From the sequence record DRR723986_11703: a stretch of 57,091 bases of DNA; one strand, written 5' to 3'. Below are positions 9,193 to 19,679 of the stretch, piece after piece. A model generated the notes under the pieces. The model saw nothing but the letters and a program-made list of their open reading frames with translations. It was not told where the DNA came from and did no database searches. A program made the position numbers and the translations under genes. Each line of letters begins with the position of its first letter. The stretch's first letter is position 1.

Positions 9193-9516
9193 TTTTCGTT
9201 CGCGCGAATTTATCTTGTAGGAATACTTCTCTGCCAGCAAACAGCCAGCCTAACAGCAATCGATAATCCATGCGAGGCAGGCGGTCTTGTAAAGGCGTCG
9301 GCTCCAAATTTAGTCGGTTGGGCTTCCGCGTCACAGCACCACTTGGCCGACCAAGTTGGCAACTGCCCCGGAGTCGGCGCTGTTTGGAAGTGGAACTTGC
9401 CTTGCGGCACGGAAACGAGGTGTCGGGGCGCTACAGAAAAATCGTCGCCCGGCGATGGTGCCAAGCGACGATTTTGGTGTGTTTTCATCTATCGGATTGC
9501 CCACATACGGGCATTG

Positions 9517-9963
9517 TTAGCGAATCTTCTTCTCGACTCGCTTCGCCTTCACTTTGGCGAGCAGTTCTTGCATGCGGTTCTTGCTTTGCATGCCGGTAAG
9601 GCTGAAACGCTTCCACACGCCAGATCGCTTTGAATAGACGACGATCTGGGGAAGTGTTTGGCCTTTCATGAGCTTTTCAGCAAGTTCTGGGCGTTTGTCT
9701 TTATCGACGTGAGTGATAACGACGTTGTCCAACTCGCCAGCTTTTTGCATTGGCTCGATGGTGTCCTTCTTCATGATTTGACAGGACGCACACCAACGTG
9801 CTCCAACCAAAACCAAGAGCGGCTTCTCCTCCTTTTGCGCCTTCTGAAGTGCTGCTTCGTACTCCAGAGCTGGGGCCTTCTGGCCGACGACTGCTTCGTT
9901 CTTCGCTGCGTCGTTTGCCAGGCCCGTTAGCCCGAGGGCTAGCGCTAGTGCCACATTAACCAT
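9517..9963 (-). CDS. Exported thioredoxin-family protein
   Basis: Signal peptide, WCASC CxxC motif and cis-Pro loop TLP. Confidence 0.8.
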   Translation of the reverse strand: MVNVALALALGLTGLANDAAKNEAVVGQKAPALEYEAALQKAQKEEKPLLVLVGARWCASCQIMKKDTIEPMQKAGELDNVVITHVDKDKRPELAEKLMKGQTLPQIVVYSKRSGVWKRFSLTGMQSKNRMQELLAKVKAKRVEKKIR

Positions 9964-10809
9964 TCTTCCATCCTTACCTTAAAGACAGTTCGGCGGACAC
10001 CCATCAACATTCCGTCGTCATGCGTGGCTTCAGTCATTGGTGCCGCTGTGGCACGCGTTGCTGAACAGGACCAGGAGCAAAAAAATTGAATGTATGGTTT
10101 CCGTTCTCTCTTTGCCAGCTTCTGTGCTGCGGGGCCACTTGCCCTTAGATGCCTTGTCCGAAGTGCACTTCTCAGCACCCTTGGACGCATCCTCAAAGTT
10201 TGCTCGCTCACTAGTTTCCTTCCCGTCCAAAAGTGCCGCGTTGTTGCGACTATGACGGGAAAGGCCCTGTTAATTGATGTCCGTGTCAAACGCTCCTGCG
10301 ATCCAACCAGGCCGGCGGGATCAAAGGTCTGTCAGCAGCGGTTGCGACTTTGCAACCTTCCGACATCGGCGCTCCAAGCTAATGGAGATGGGCGAATTGT
10401 GCCGATTACGATGCGTCTAACGATCAAGTTTGCGAGCGAGTATAAGCAAGCTGTTCGGCCCTGCAACCAGGCTCTTTCCAATGAAGAATTCGGAATGCTA
10501 GCAATTGTTGCTTGCTTGCAATCGGCGAGTTTTCGGTAATCTCACCTTCAATCGGCCAGAAGGGTTGGCATTATCCCGGCAAGGCAGTTTTTGGGGGAGT
10601 CGAATTGATAAACAGAATTCGGTGCTAGCAAGGTTCCTGGCGTTTCCAGGGCCAATGGCCGCAATTGTCGATTCATGGCCCAAATTTTCCGATAAACTGC
10701 GTATGTCCCGGTGCTGACCGCGCGTGGTGACTCAAACTATGTCGAACTTTTCGACCGTAGGCGTGCACCAGCCGTCGAATCCGCTTCTTCGAATAATCGC
10801 AGAATCAGC

Positions 10810-11889
10810 ATGAAGCTCAAACTGGGAGTTGTGGGAATCCCTGCCGATTGGCAGCGACGCTACCTACCGTCGCTCCGCGTTCTGGCGGATCGCTTTGACG
10901 TTATCAGCGTTTACAGTTCAGTGGCTAGGATCGCAGACAATGCCGCTCGGCAGTTCGACGCGACACCTTACACCAGCTTTCGAGAAATGCTGGCTTCTAA
11001 CGAGTTGGACGCTGCGCTGATTCTCACAAATGATTGGTACGGCTTAGCACCGATCTACGCTGCGTGTGACTTTGGCAAAGCGGTCTATTGCGGCAGCGAA
11101 TTTGAGTTTCGTAGCGAGAATGTTTCTCAACTCAGCCAGAGAGTTGACGAAGCCGGCATTGCGTTCATGGCGGAATTCCCGCGGCGCTACGCTCCTGCAT
11201 CATTACGACTGAAGGAATTGATCGCAACGCAGCTTGGCCACCCGGAATTGATGTTTTGCCATCGCCGCATGGAGAATGCAGAAGCTTCTTCGCAGCGAAG
11301 TCGCGTTGAACGCGAGCAAAGAGAAAAAATCGAACTGATCGACTGGTGTCAATTCATCGCCGGCAGAAAACCCTCCCGTGTCCAGTCCGTGCAACATGCC
11401 CTGGGCCAAACAGCGGACCACGTTTCATCATTCCAGGAATCATTGCCCCAAGACCAAGGCAGCCATGGTACTTCCAACGTGGGGAATCCAAGCGGCGGAG
11501 CTAGCTATGAGTCCTTTAGTTTGCACTTTGATGCAACCGAGGATGGTCGCCCGCCGGTTCTTGCCCAGGTGAGTTGTGGTGACTATATCGACCCAGCATG
11601 GCAGGAAGCCGTTTCGTTTCGACCGCCCGCTTCGCTGCAAGTCTGTTGCACAAACGGAGTCGCCTTTGTTGACCTGCCCAATGGAATCACTTGGTTTGAT
11701 CGAGCTGGCAGGCACCAGGAGTCGCTTGACTCAGAAACGGGCGTTGGGCAGCAGCTTCTGTCCCAGTTTCATCGGGCTGTTACGAGCCTGATTCGCAAGA
11801 TGGGTGACCTCGACGATGTTCGTCAGAGCTTGGCCATTATCAGTGCAGCGCGCGAAAGCACGGTTCGAGCCTGTGCAGTGGATCTATAA
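10810..11889 (+). CDS. Gfo/Idh/MocA-family oxidoreductase-like protein (divergent)
   Basis: KLGVVG Rossmann start, LDAALI, GKAVYC, PRRYAPA, LKELIATQLG. The GxG and EKP motifs are absent. Start moved to ATG 10810. Confidence 0.7.
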   Translation: MKLKLGVVGIPADWQRRYLPSLRVLADRFDVISVYSSVARIADNAARQFDATPYTSFREMLASNELDAALILTNDWYGLAPIYAACDFGKAVYCGSEFEFRSENVSQLSQRVDEAGIAFMAEFPRRYAPASLRLKELIATQLGHPELMFCHRRMENAEASSQRSRVEREQREKIELIDWCQFIAGRKPSRVQSVQHALGQTADHVSSFQESLPQDQGSHGTSNVGNPSGGASYESFSLHFDATEDGRPPVLAQVSCGDYIDPAWQEAVSFRPPASLQVCCTNGVAFVDLPNGITWFDRAGRHQESLDSETGVGQQLLSQFHRAVTSLIRKMGDLDDVRQSLAIISAARESTVRACAVDL

Positions 11890-11944
11890 CCGCCGCCAAG
11901 TACGGCCACTGCGATTGATTAGCTACCGCACGGTGATGGATTGC

Positions 11945-12886
11945 CTACTGATAGTCGCCATGGCAATCGGAGCAGCTTTGACCGATTCGGCCGCTAGCCT
12001 TCCGAGCAAGGTCTGGATTCTTGGTCGTCACCGCTAGTTTGACTTCCTGCGAGGCTTTAATCATCGCCAGCGCGTAGTCCCGATAGTCATCATCGTCCGC
12101 GTCAGGCATCTCTTCGGCTAGAGCGACCTTCCCCAGGACGCTGATCAAATCGGCATAGCGGGTAATTGCATCCGCATTCTTCTCAAATTCATCGGCGTCG
12201 GCGACCAAATCCGTTAGGTTCTCCTCGTGGGACCATTCGAGCAACTGCATCAGCGGAGTGCGATCAATCATCTGCTCCCAGACCAATTCTCCCTTTGCCT
12301 CGTGCGCCAATTGTGTGCCTCGCAGCAAATCACCAAGGTCCAGCATGCGATTCTTCGCTTCATTGAAGACAGGTAGCGAGCCTACTTTTGCATTCGCAGC
12401 CGCTCGCCCTAGCAGCTCTCTCGCCGCAGGTGCACTCTTCTGCCAGCGGATTTCTTCTGGATACTCTTCGATAACACCAAATAGCACTCCGAGCAGCGAG
12501 AATTCTCGCCTTGCAACCGCATAACCGCCACTGACGAACGCTGGTGGGCTAGTGATTACGCCATCCAGACGCAGTTTCGACCCCTTGATAAGATCTTCCA
12601 AACTCTGCTGGCCGATAAGTTTCTTCCAGGAAAGCGGATCATTGTTGTCCTGTTTCTTTGATGGGCCAGTCGCAGGCTGACTGGCCATCATCGAACGTTG
12701 TTGACTGGGCAGTTCGCCACGCAGTTTGCTCTTCGCATCCGCGTAGAACGTGCCCTCGAACTGCCCCGGCTTGAAAGTCGGCGGTTTGGAACGCGGCGCT
12801 TTGCGTTGTGGCAATGCGTAGCCAGCCAAGCTGGTAAGCACTACGATGCAAAAGATCGTTCCGAGCCTCGTAGAGGTGCGATTCAT
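11945..12886 (-). CDS. Exported c-type cytochrome with C-terminal heme motif (class II/cytochrome c'-like)
   Basis: Signal peptide; helical sequence; single CSDCH four residues from the C-terminus. Confidence 0.75.
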   Translation of the reverse strand: MNRTSTRLGTIFCIVVLTSLAGYALPQRKAPRSKPPTFKPGQFEGTFYADAKSKLRGELPSQQRSMMASQPATGPSKKQDNNDPLSWKKLIGQQSLEDLIKGSKLRLDGVITSPPAFVSGGYAVARREFSLLGVLFGVIEEYPEEIRWQKSAPAARELLGRAAANAKVGSLPVFNEAKNRMLDLGDLLRGTQLAHEAKGELVWEQMIDRTPLMQLLEWSHEENLTDLVADADEFEKNADAITRYADLISVLGKVALAEEMPDADDDDYRDYALAMIKASQEVKLAVTTKNPDLARKASGRIGQSCSDCHGDYQ

Positions 12887-12900
12887 GGTCTACCTCAGAA

Positions 12901-13365
12901 TTAGGAAGCTGCAACCAGAGCGGAAACGATGCCGACAAGCAGAACGATGCTAAAAATCGCTCCCATGACGACTCCAAACCAGGCCCGGCCGGCACCGTGC
13001 TTCTTTCCATCGCTGTTCTTGATATCTCGCAATGCCACCAGCCCAAGGATGAGCGCGATTGGAGCCGGGAAGCAAACCAGCGAAAATAATCCGAAATAGC
13101 CGGCTGCAATCGCCCAGACCGAACGACCAACTGGAATCAACATCCGAACGGCCGCGTCATCGCCAATCGAGCTCTGTCCAACCGGTTGCACCGGCATCGC
13201 CGCGGTTGCCTCCGGAGAAGCGGCCGCATATGGATTGGATGCATCGGCTAGGACCGCTTCGATTACATCTTCCTCACCGGCTGCAATGGCCGCACCGCAA
13301 CTTGGGCAATTGTCGGCATTGGCATCGATCGCTTGACCGCAACTGGGACACTGTGACTGATTCAT
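12901..13365 (-). CDS. Zinc-ribbon + DUF4190-type membrane protein
   Basis: CPSC...CPSC at the N-terminus; AIAAGYFGLFS...ALRDIK...GAGRAWFGVVMG two-TM pattern. Confidence 0.75.
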   Translation of the reverse strand: MNQSQCPSCGQAIDANADNCPSCGAAIAAGEEDVIEAVLADASNPYAAASPEATAAMPVQPVGQSSIGDDAAVRMLIPVGRSVWAIAAGYFGLFSLVCFPAPIALILGLVALRDIKNSDGKKHGAGRAWFGVVMGAIFSIVLLVGIVSALVAAS

Positions 13366-13716
13366 TGTGAAAATGGACTCTTTAAAAAGTGAAAACTCAG
13401 TGTTACGAAGTCTCTTTTCCGCCCAGTGATATCATTGCCGCCTGTGCTGCTCAAGTCTCGCTGGCCATCTTTGCCTTGCAACAGTTGTCGCCAACCTGCA
13501 GACCCACACTTCACGCAAGGCGTTGCAATTACCGAGGAAGTGTTGCGAGTTCCGAGGGCTTGAGCATTCTGCTACCCTTATAGTTTAACAGAAGTTGGAT
13601 GGAATTCGATGTTGCTTCGTCAGCCACTTGGCCAGTCGCAAGTTTCACCTTCCACCAGGCCAGAAAGCGGCCACTTCGCAACCCTACTAGTAATTAAAGG
13701 CTGCAGTTCAGATCCA

Positions 13717-14748
13717 ATGGTAAACCTGGCGGCTGAGAATACGAACCAAACTGCGCGACGCTTTGGAGCACTCCTTCTGTGCCTGTTCGGCCTCTTGTTG
13801 CAAAGCGATGCGACCTGCAATGCATCTCAAGACGGTGGTGGCGTTGCCGCGGAGGAGCAAGAGGCAGGTGCGGCAGATGAATTGATACCCTACGTCAGCG
13901 AAGGTCGCGGTCGACGTGGAATTTGGATCCAGCGAGACATCGTCGTAAGCCGCACTGATGACTACGAATTGAAGGTTGACTTGTATCGTGGTGACGATAC
14001 GCAGGTGCGTCCCGTTGTGTTGCTCATTCACGGCGGTGCTTGGGCCGTTGGAGATAAATGGGACTTAGAACCGTTGGGGCGATCACTCGTGAAAGCGGGG
14101 CTGCATGCCGTTTCAACTAACTACAGGCTTGCGCCAAAGCACAAATTTCCTGCTCAGCTCATCGATTGCCAAAGGAGTCTCCGTTGGCTCCGGCATAATG
14201 CGAAAGCTCTCCATGTCGACGCAAACAGCATTGGAGTATGGGGCTACTCGGCAGGCGCTCAACTTGCCGCTCTCACTAGCCAGGCCGACATACTTGCTAA
14301 ACAGGAAGCTGGCAATGCGGATGGTTTCGGGAATGCCGATGCTTCTGCTGATCATACTGCAGCAGCTATAAAGGCCTGCGTTTGCGGCGGGCTGCCTAGC
14401 ACACTCGATTACGTCGGTAAGGACAGCAATGTGTTTGTTTACGTGATCGGCGCAACCCGTGCGGCGGCTCCTGAGCTTTACTCGGCCGCAGCGCCGCTTG
14501 AACAGCTCGGGCGGAGCATGTGCCCGACATTCCTGTATCACGGCACAAAGGATAAGATTGTGCCATACGATTTGGGAAAGCAGATGCAGGACCGGCTCAC
14601 GGCCCTCGATGTTCGGTCGCAATTGAGAACAATCGACGGCAAGGGACACATCGGCGCCTTTCTCGACGGAAAAACACGCCAAATGGTCATTGAGTTCCTG
14701 CAAGAACATTTAGTGACACCAGAAAAGGTGACGGATGCTATCCCGTGA
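13717..14748 (+). CDS. Alpha/beta hydrolase (HSL/BD-FAE-like esterase)
   Basis: HGGAW, NYRLAP, GYSAG nucleophile elbow, HGTKDKIVP and GH; signal peptide; start moved to ATG 13717. Confidence 0.85.
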   Translation: MVNLAAENTNQTARRFGALLLCLFGLLLQSDATCNASQDGGGVAAEEQEAGAADELIPYVSEGRGRRGIWIQRDIVVSRTDDYELKVDLYRGDDTQVRPVVLLIHGGAWAVGDKWDLEPLGRSLVKAGLHAVSTNYRLAPKHKFPAQLIDCQRSLRWLRHNAKALHVDANSIGVWGYSAGAQLAALTSQADILAKQEAGNADGFGNADASADHTAAAIKACVCGGLPSTLDYVGKDSNVFVYVIGATRAAAPELYSAAAPLEQLGRSMCPTFLYHGTKDKIVPYDLGKQMQDRLTALDVRSQLRTIDGKGHIGAFLDGKTRQMVIEFLQEHLVTPEKVTDAIP

Positions 14749-15577
14749 CGAATACGTTGAACAAGCGTACTTTTATCGCATCTTGGTCGAACGCTTGGAC
14801 CAGCAGATTCCTTTGCAAGACCTTCTTGCGCAAACCAAACACGAGTTGCTTGCGTCGACAAAACTGCCGATGGCAATAGACCTATTGTTGGCAGAGTTGA
14901 AGCATCACGGGCGGATGAGTGCGGGAATGAAGATGCTTTCGCACTATTTTATGCCGTTCCAGACGTTCCTGGTCAGTCAAGCAGAATCGGACCGAGGACG
15001 GTTTGACTACAAAACGGCACTTCGAATCCTTGCATCGGAGGCAGAGTACCGGACCAAGGACAACTTCAATCCTCAGGGCCTCTTCTTCTACCAATTTGAA
15101 GCGGTCTCACGGAATCGGCTCAACTACGACCGTGGTCTGACTGCAATGGCTGGGGATGACTACTACGCCGAAGACTGGAGCGAATGGTTGCTAATGGTCC
15201 GCCACCAACTCGGCCTGGTTGATTTGGCGGAGATGATTTACGCCCGCAGCGAGCATTTGGTCGAGAAACAATCAAAATACGGGGAATTCGTCCCCAAGGT
15301 CCCCGTCCTCTTTGGCAATCCAGAAGGCAAAATTGCGTATGCAAACCGCCAAAAGGATTCGCTGTTCCTCTTCGCAGCCATGCAGCGGCACCTTGGTTAT
15401 CCGAAAGTGCCGAAGCTAGAACCCGTCGATCCGCTACCGACTCTCGTCCCGCAGTTACAGCGCAGAATGGAGCGGCTTGAAGCCCGTTTGCGATTGATGG
15501 AAGAAGAGCAGAACAGTGGCAGTATCGATATCACGAAGTTTTATGACGGTAAACTGCCACCCGGTTTTCAGCCCTAA
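14735..15577 (+). CDS. Hypothetical cytoplasmic protein with C-terminal coiled coil
   Basis: 280-aa ORF overlapping the upstream stop by 14 nt; protein-like composition; no family recognised. Confidence 0.75.
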   Translation: MLSRDEYVEQAYFYRILVERLDQQIPLQDLLAQTKHELLASTKLPMAIDLLLAELKHHGRMSAGMKMLSHYFMPFQTFLVSQAESDRGRFDYKTALRILASEAEYRTKDNFNPQGLFFYQFEAVSRNRLNYDRGLTAMAGDDYYAEDWSEWLLMVRHQLGLVDLAEMIYARSEHLVEKQSKYGEFVPKVPVLFGNPEGKIAYANRQKDSLFLFAAMQRHLGYPKVPKLEPVDPLPTLVPQLQRRMERLEARLRLMEEEQNSGSIDITKFYDGKLPPGFQP

Positions 15578-16075
15578 GTCCTGTCGTAAGTGCGACTTGA
15601 CGCAATGAAACTCGCATTTCTAGCGTCTGGACCCCGGCAGTCTGCGGTGCCGCTCAGTTATCGATCTGCCTGTTGTCTGCCGCCTCGCACCACAAATCAA
15701 GGGCTCGCTACATTACTTCTATTGGCAATTAGCTGCAGACGGATTTCAAGCAAATCTTCCTGCCCCCAATCAGGGGCTATGCGGCCACTCCCAAAGATCA
15801 TTAAACTGTGTGCGTAGTCTTTTCGGTCTTGCTTCCGTGCAGGCGCTAGAACGTCCTTGGTTTTCTAGTGTCTGAGGCGTGTTCGGCTCCTCGGCTTGAC
15901 GCGTCATTACATCAGGATTGCTGCCGAAGTTTGCAACACATTTTATTGGCCAAAGCTAGAGAGTGCTCCGGAGGTCCCAGGCCTGCGGCGCGACAGATGG
16001 CCAATTCCACAGCAACTTTTCGATGCTCCAGCTTGTGCTTCGGAGTATCGCCAAATTTTTGACAGGAGAATTCGC

Positions 16076-17311
16076 ATGAAGATGAGCATGCAGTCGTTCC
16101 GATTGCTTTCACTAGCTCTCGCAGTTGCACTGGTTTCCACCGGAGCCGGCATTTCAGCCGCTTTCGCCCAAGAAGGTGCAACGGCCGAAGCCCAAAAGAA
16201 AACCGAAAAGGATTCGAAGGCTGACGAGGAAGAAGCCGAAGAGAAAGATCCGTTCGAGATTCCTGTCGATGGCTCTGCGGAAGAGCTCAAGGAATACCTG
16301 TCAGGCCTAAAGAAGATTCGGCCAACTAGCTTGAAGATGATGCGTGATCAGCTTCTGCCAACGGTGATCGAGACCGCCGACTTGATTCTCAAGAAGTCTC
16401 CCGAAGATGAAGTGATGGCGTTGTCCGAGAAATTCTCGGCATTGTCAGCCTTGGCTCGCTACGCGCCTGCGAAGAAGGCAGAACTTGAAGAGTTCGCAAA
16501 GACTCTTGCTGCCGACGAACGTAAAGAACTAGCCTCAATGGGCGCTTCTGCTCTGCTGTCGATGCGCGTTCAAAGCATCGACTCCGAGGATTCAGCTCGA
16601 GAACTAGCCAAAGATGCAATTGCATTCATCGAGAAATACGGCATGACGCGGCAGACCTACAGCCCCGTTTCGTCGATCGCTCGATCACTTGGCTACAGCG
16701 ATTATCCTGAGATCGGCGCTGAATTCTACGAGTCACTGGCTCCGCTGATGGCGAAAAGCGACGATGAAAATCTTTCCAAGCGAGCTGACACCATGGTTGG
16801 TGCTGCCCGCCGTCTGCGTTTGATGGGCAACACGATGGAAGTCTTCGGTACCACCGGAGCTGGCGATGAATTCAAGTGGGACGACTACAAGGGTAAGGTT
16901 GTACTGGTTGACTTCTGGGCAAGCTGGTGTGGTCCTTGCATGGCAGAGCTGCCGAACATGAAGCGGAACCTGGAAGCTTATGGTGACCGAGGTTTTGAGA
17001 TCGTCGGCATCAACATGGATAGCACCCGCAAGGCTTACGAGAAGTGCCTTGAGGACAAAGAAATCACTTGGGTGAACATCGTTTCCGACGGTGACGAAGC
17101 TGGTTGGGCGGCCCCCATGGCCACTCACTACGGCATTACTGGGATTCCAACAGCGATTCTCGTGAACCAAGAAGGTAAGGTTGTATCGCTTCGAGCTCGC
17201 GGCGCACAACTCGATAAACTTCTGGAAGAGCTGATCGGCCCAGCCGAAGAAGAAACCGAAGAAGACAAAGAAGACGCCAGCGAGGAAGAAGATTCCGACG
17301 GCGACAAGTAG
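16076..17311 (+). CDS. Exported TlpA/ResA-family thiol-disulfide oxidoreductase with helical N-terminal domain
   Basis: KGKVVLVDFWASWCGPC and GIPT motifs; RBS AGGAG at 16064-16068; signal peptide; acidic tail. Confidence 0.9.
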   Translation: MKMSMQSFRLLSLALAVALVSTGAGISAAFAQEGATAEAQKKTEKDSKADEEEAEEKDPFEIPVDGSAEELKEYLSGLKKIRPTSLKMMRDQLLPTVIETADLILKKSPEDEVMALSEKFSALSALARYAPAKKAELEEFAKTLAADERKELASMGASALLSMRVQSIDSEDSARELAKDAIAFIEKYGMTRQTYSPVSSIARSLGYSDYPEIGAEFYESLAPLMAKSDDENLSKRADTMVGAARRLRLMGNTMEVFGTTGAGDEFKWDDYKGKVVLVDFWASWCGPCMAELPNMKRNLEAYGDRGFEIVGINMDSTRKAYEKCLEDKEITWVNIVSDGDEAGWAAPMATHYGITGIPTAILVNQEGKVVSLRARGAQLDKLLEELIGPAEEETEEDKEDASEEEDSDGDK

Positions 17312-17358
17312 CACCTGCCTTCAAGGCCCGCTACAAAAGCAAACAAGCTGAAACTCCC

Positions 17359-17396
17359 AAAGGGCTGCGCCGGATTGACTCCGGTGCAGCCCTTTT
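17359..17396 (+). terminator. Rho-independent terminator
   Basis: aaagggctgcgccgga-ttgac-tccggtgcagcccttt hairpin followed by a T run, 47 nt after the TlpA stop. Confidence 0.75.
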
Positions 17397-17736
17397 CGTA
17401 TTGCGGGCGAACCGATTACGCAGCAGCCAGCAACCGCCAATGCAGTCAATGCTTTCCTACTTGGACAATGTTGCCGAATCGCTACGTATTACCAGACGTG
17501 CAGGCTCTTCGCGTCCATGTTCTTAGGATCTTGTCTCGAAACAGATCCAGCTTTTGCTAGCAACTCTTTATTGCTTGGCAATGCAGCGTGACGATAGCCG
17601 CTAGTGGTGTCTTCTCACACCGCACCGGAGTGCTCCACATTGCTCCAGGTGTAAATGGTTGCTTGGCGTCGCCAGGTGCAACATCTTCAGTGAGTGAACA
17701 CCTAATGATGCCCGGACCAATCCATGGAGAATAATC

Positions 17737-18087
17737 ATGACACAGTTGAAACTCGCGGTCATACTCGCAGTTGCGCTGACCGCAACGACCGCCTCGAACT
17801 GCAACGCGCAAGAATTCGGGGACAGCAAACCGTCGGCAAGTGATAAACCACTGTCACTGTCCGTCTCCGAAAGCGTCGCAACTCCAAAGCCGCTGACTTA
17901 TATTCAGCAACGCGCCCGCTTCGAAGACCAGCAGCGGCAGTATCGTATCGAGATGCGACGGATGGTCGGGTACTCTCCGCTGCGCCCGACGGTCAACGCA
18001 TCGCTGAATTCTTACGCTCCAACACGTTTCTATATGCCGCGGCGTGATGTTATCACGATGCCCGGTGTAACGATGTGGTATTGGTAG
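17737..18087 (+). CDS. Small secreted hypothetical protein
   Basis: RBS GGAG upstream; signal peptide; ends in MWYW. Confidence 0.7.
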   Translation: MTQLKLAVILAVALTATTASNCNAQEFGDSKPSASDKPLSLSVSESVATPKPLTYIQQRARFEDQQRQYRIEMRRMVGYSPLRPTVNASLNSYAPTRFYMPRRDVITMPGVTMWYW

Positions 18088-18286
18088 CTGCTTGGTCAGA
18101 CGACATCTTGAAGACCTGCATGGCTGACGCTGAAGGTCGGCCACCACTAACTATATGCGTAACCCACTCTCGCGCTGGACTTGAATACTACATCTTGGCT
18201 TGTTCGCAATACAAGCGTCTCTTCGCAACTGAATCCACACCCGTCCACTTCGAGATTTTGATGAATACCCGCACAAGAAGGAGATC

Positions 18287-18341
18287 AAAAGAAAAGCAGC
18301 TTGCGGCATCTTGTTTGCTGACCTGATGCAATTCGGCTGCC
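18287..18341 (-). terminator. Possible terminator-like hairpin
   Basis: Minus strand reads gcagc..gcatc..loop..gatgc..gctgc followed by ttttctttt; the stem is interrupted. Confidence 0.3.
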
Positions 18342-18546
18342 TTAGAACTTTGATTGAACGTCCTTGCGAACGACTTGACCTTCTTCGCTCGGTCCGAGAA
18401 TTCTGTCACAGGGACTGCGACAGACTCTGATCGATGGCTCAAACGTTCTTAGGTTGTTCTCCTCTTTTCACAACGTGCGGCTGCCACCTATACGCCAGGT
18501 CGGCAGCCGCATTTCTTTTCGTGCCGCTCGGCCGCGACTTGCAGGT

Positions 18547-19392
18547 CTACTTAAGTGCAGTTTGGAAAAGGGCAAGCATGCGTTCCCAGGCCTTCTCTGC
18601 TTGTTCCTTATCGTGAACACGCGTGTCAGGTGGGCACCAACCGTGACCGGCCGGGTAGACTTCAATCTCAGCTTTCAGCTCTGCTTCTTCAAAAGCGTTC
18701 TTGAGCGTTTCCTTCGACTCAGGATCTCGCTTGTCATCGTTTTCTGCAATTGCGATCAAGAACTGCGCCTTCATCTTTGGAATCAGCAGATGAGGGCTGT
18801 TGTCGGCGTCGGTCGCCAGTCCGCCACCGTGGAATGTCCCCGCTGCAGCAATGCGATCTGGGACGGCAGCCGCGGTGCGGAATACAATCGGTCCGCCCAT
18901 GCAATAGCCAGTGGTGCCGATTCCCTTGTTGGTATCTACTTGTTCTTGGCCATCCAACCATTTCACGAAACTCTTGGCGTCCGCCATGTGAGTTTCTGCG
19001 GTCAGCGAGCGTGCGAGCGGCAGAACCGCACGTATTGAGGTATTCGCTCCCTTTTCTGCTGTCGGAGCAGCCTGCTTGCGATAGAACGGGTTCACGACCA
19101 AGACCGAATAACCTGCTTCGGCCAAGCGCTTCCCCATTTGTTTGAATGCCGGCCGGAGTCCAAAAATGTCCGGCCAAATGAGAACAGCCGGATGCTTCCC
19201 GGATTTTGGCGCGACAAAGAACGCATCACATTTCCCATCGGGCGTCTCGATCACAACGTCTTGTTCGGTAACCTCAGCCGCGTTGGCCGTCTTCGGAAGC
19301 ATGAACATCGCGCCTCCGGCAGCAGCCCAAGTGGCAAGATCGCGCCGCGAGTACTTTTTCATGTCTTCTTCGAAATGGTCCTGATCACACAT
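18547..19392 (-). CDS. Dienelactone hydrolase family protein with Tat signal
   Basis: SRRDL twin-arginine leader, PDIFGLR, GYCMGG nucleophile, FHGG and HGW; start moved to ATG 19392. Confidence 0.9.
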   Translation of the reverse strand: MCDQDHFEEDMKKYSRRDLATWAAAGGAMFMLPKTANAAEVTEQDVVIETPDGKCDAFFVAPKSGKHPAVLIWPDIFGLRPAFKQMGKRLAEAGYSVLVVNPFYRKQAAPTAEKGANTSIRAVLPLARSLTAETHMADAKSFVKWLDGQEQVDTNKGIGTTGYCMGGPIVFRTAAAVPDRIAAAGTFHGGGLATDADNSPHLLIPKMKAQFLIAIAENDDKRDPESKETLKNAFEEAELKAEIEVYPAGHGWCPPDTRVHDKEQAEKAWERMLALFQTALK

Positions 19393-19679
19393 TTGGTTCG
19401 CCCCTGTTGGTTCGTCTTGAATCAGAATGTTCGTTTGCACCGCCGCAACCATCGCTGCCCGGTTACGTCACATTCTACCCCGAATCGAACAAACGGGGAT
19501 TCCGCATGGTCAGTCAGCGAGTCGATTTGCTGGCGATATGGTCACCAAAGTTCTTATTCGAATCGGCTATCCTTTCGAAGCCGTAGCCGCACTCGACAAC
19601 GTTCCAAACGTAGCCGCGTCAAACACCGCTTTGCCAGAGTCCGCCGGCGCAACTCCTGCGGTGAGTAACCTGTTAGGAT

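Noticed and set aside
15460-15500. RRMERLEARLRL as an LExRxLL-type export leader (cargo of the M50 cluster)
   Set aside because: It is C-terminal, inside a coiled coil of a cytoplasmic-looking protein, and not an N-terminal leader.
18188-18442. 84-aa minus-strand ORF with GAGGAG upstream
   Set aside because: The SD-like sequence is about 16 nt from a TTG start, the ORF has no recognisable features and it runs through a terminator-like hairpin. Not supportable without expression data.
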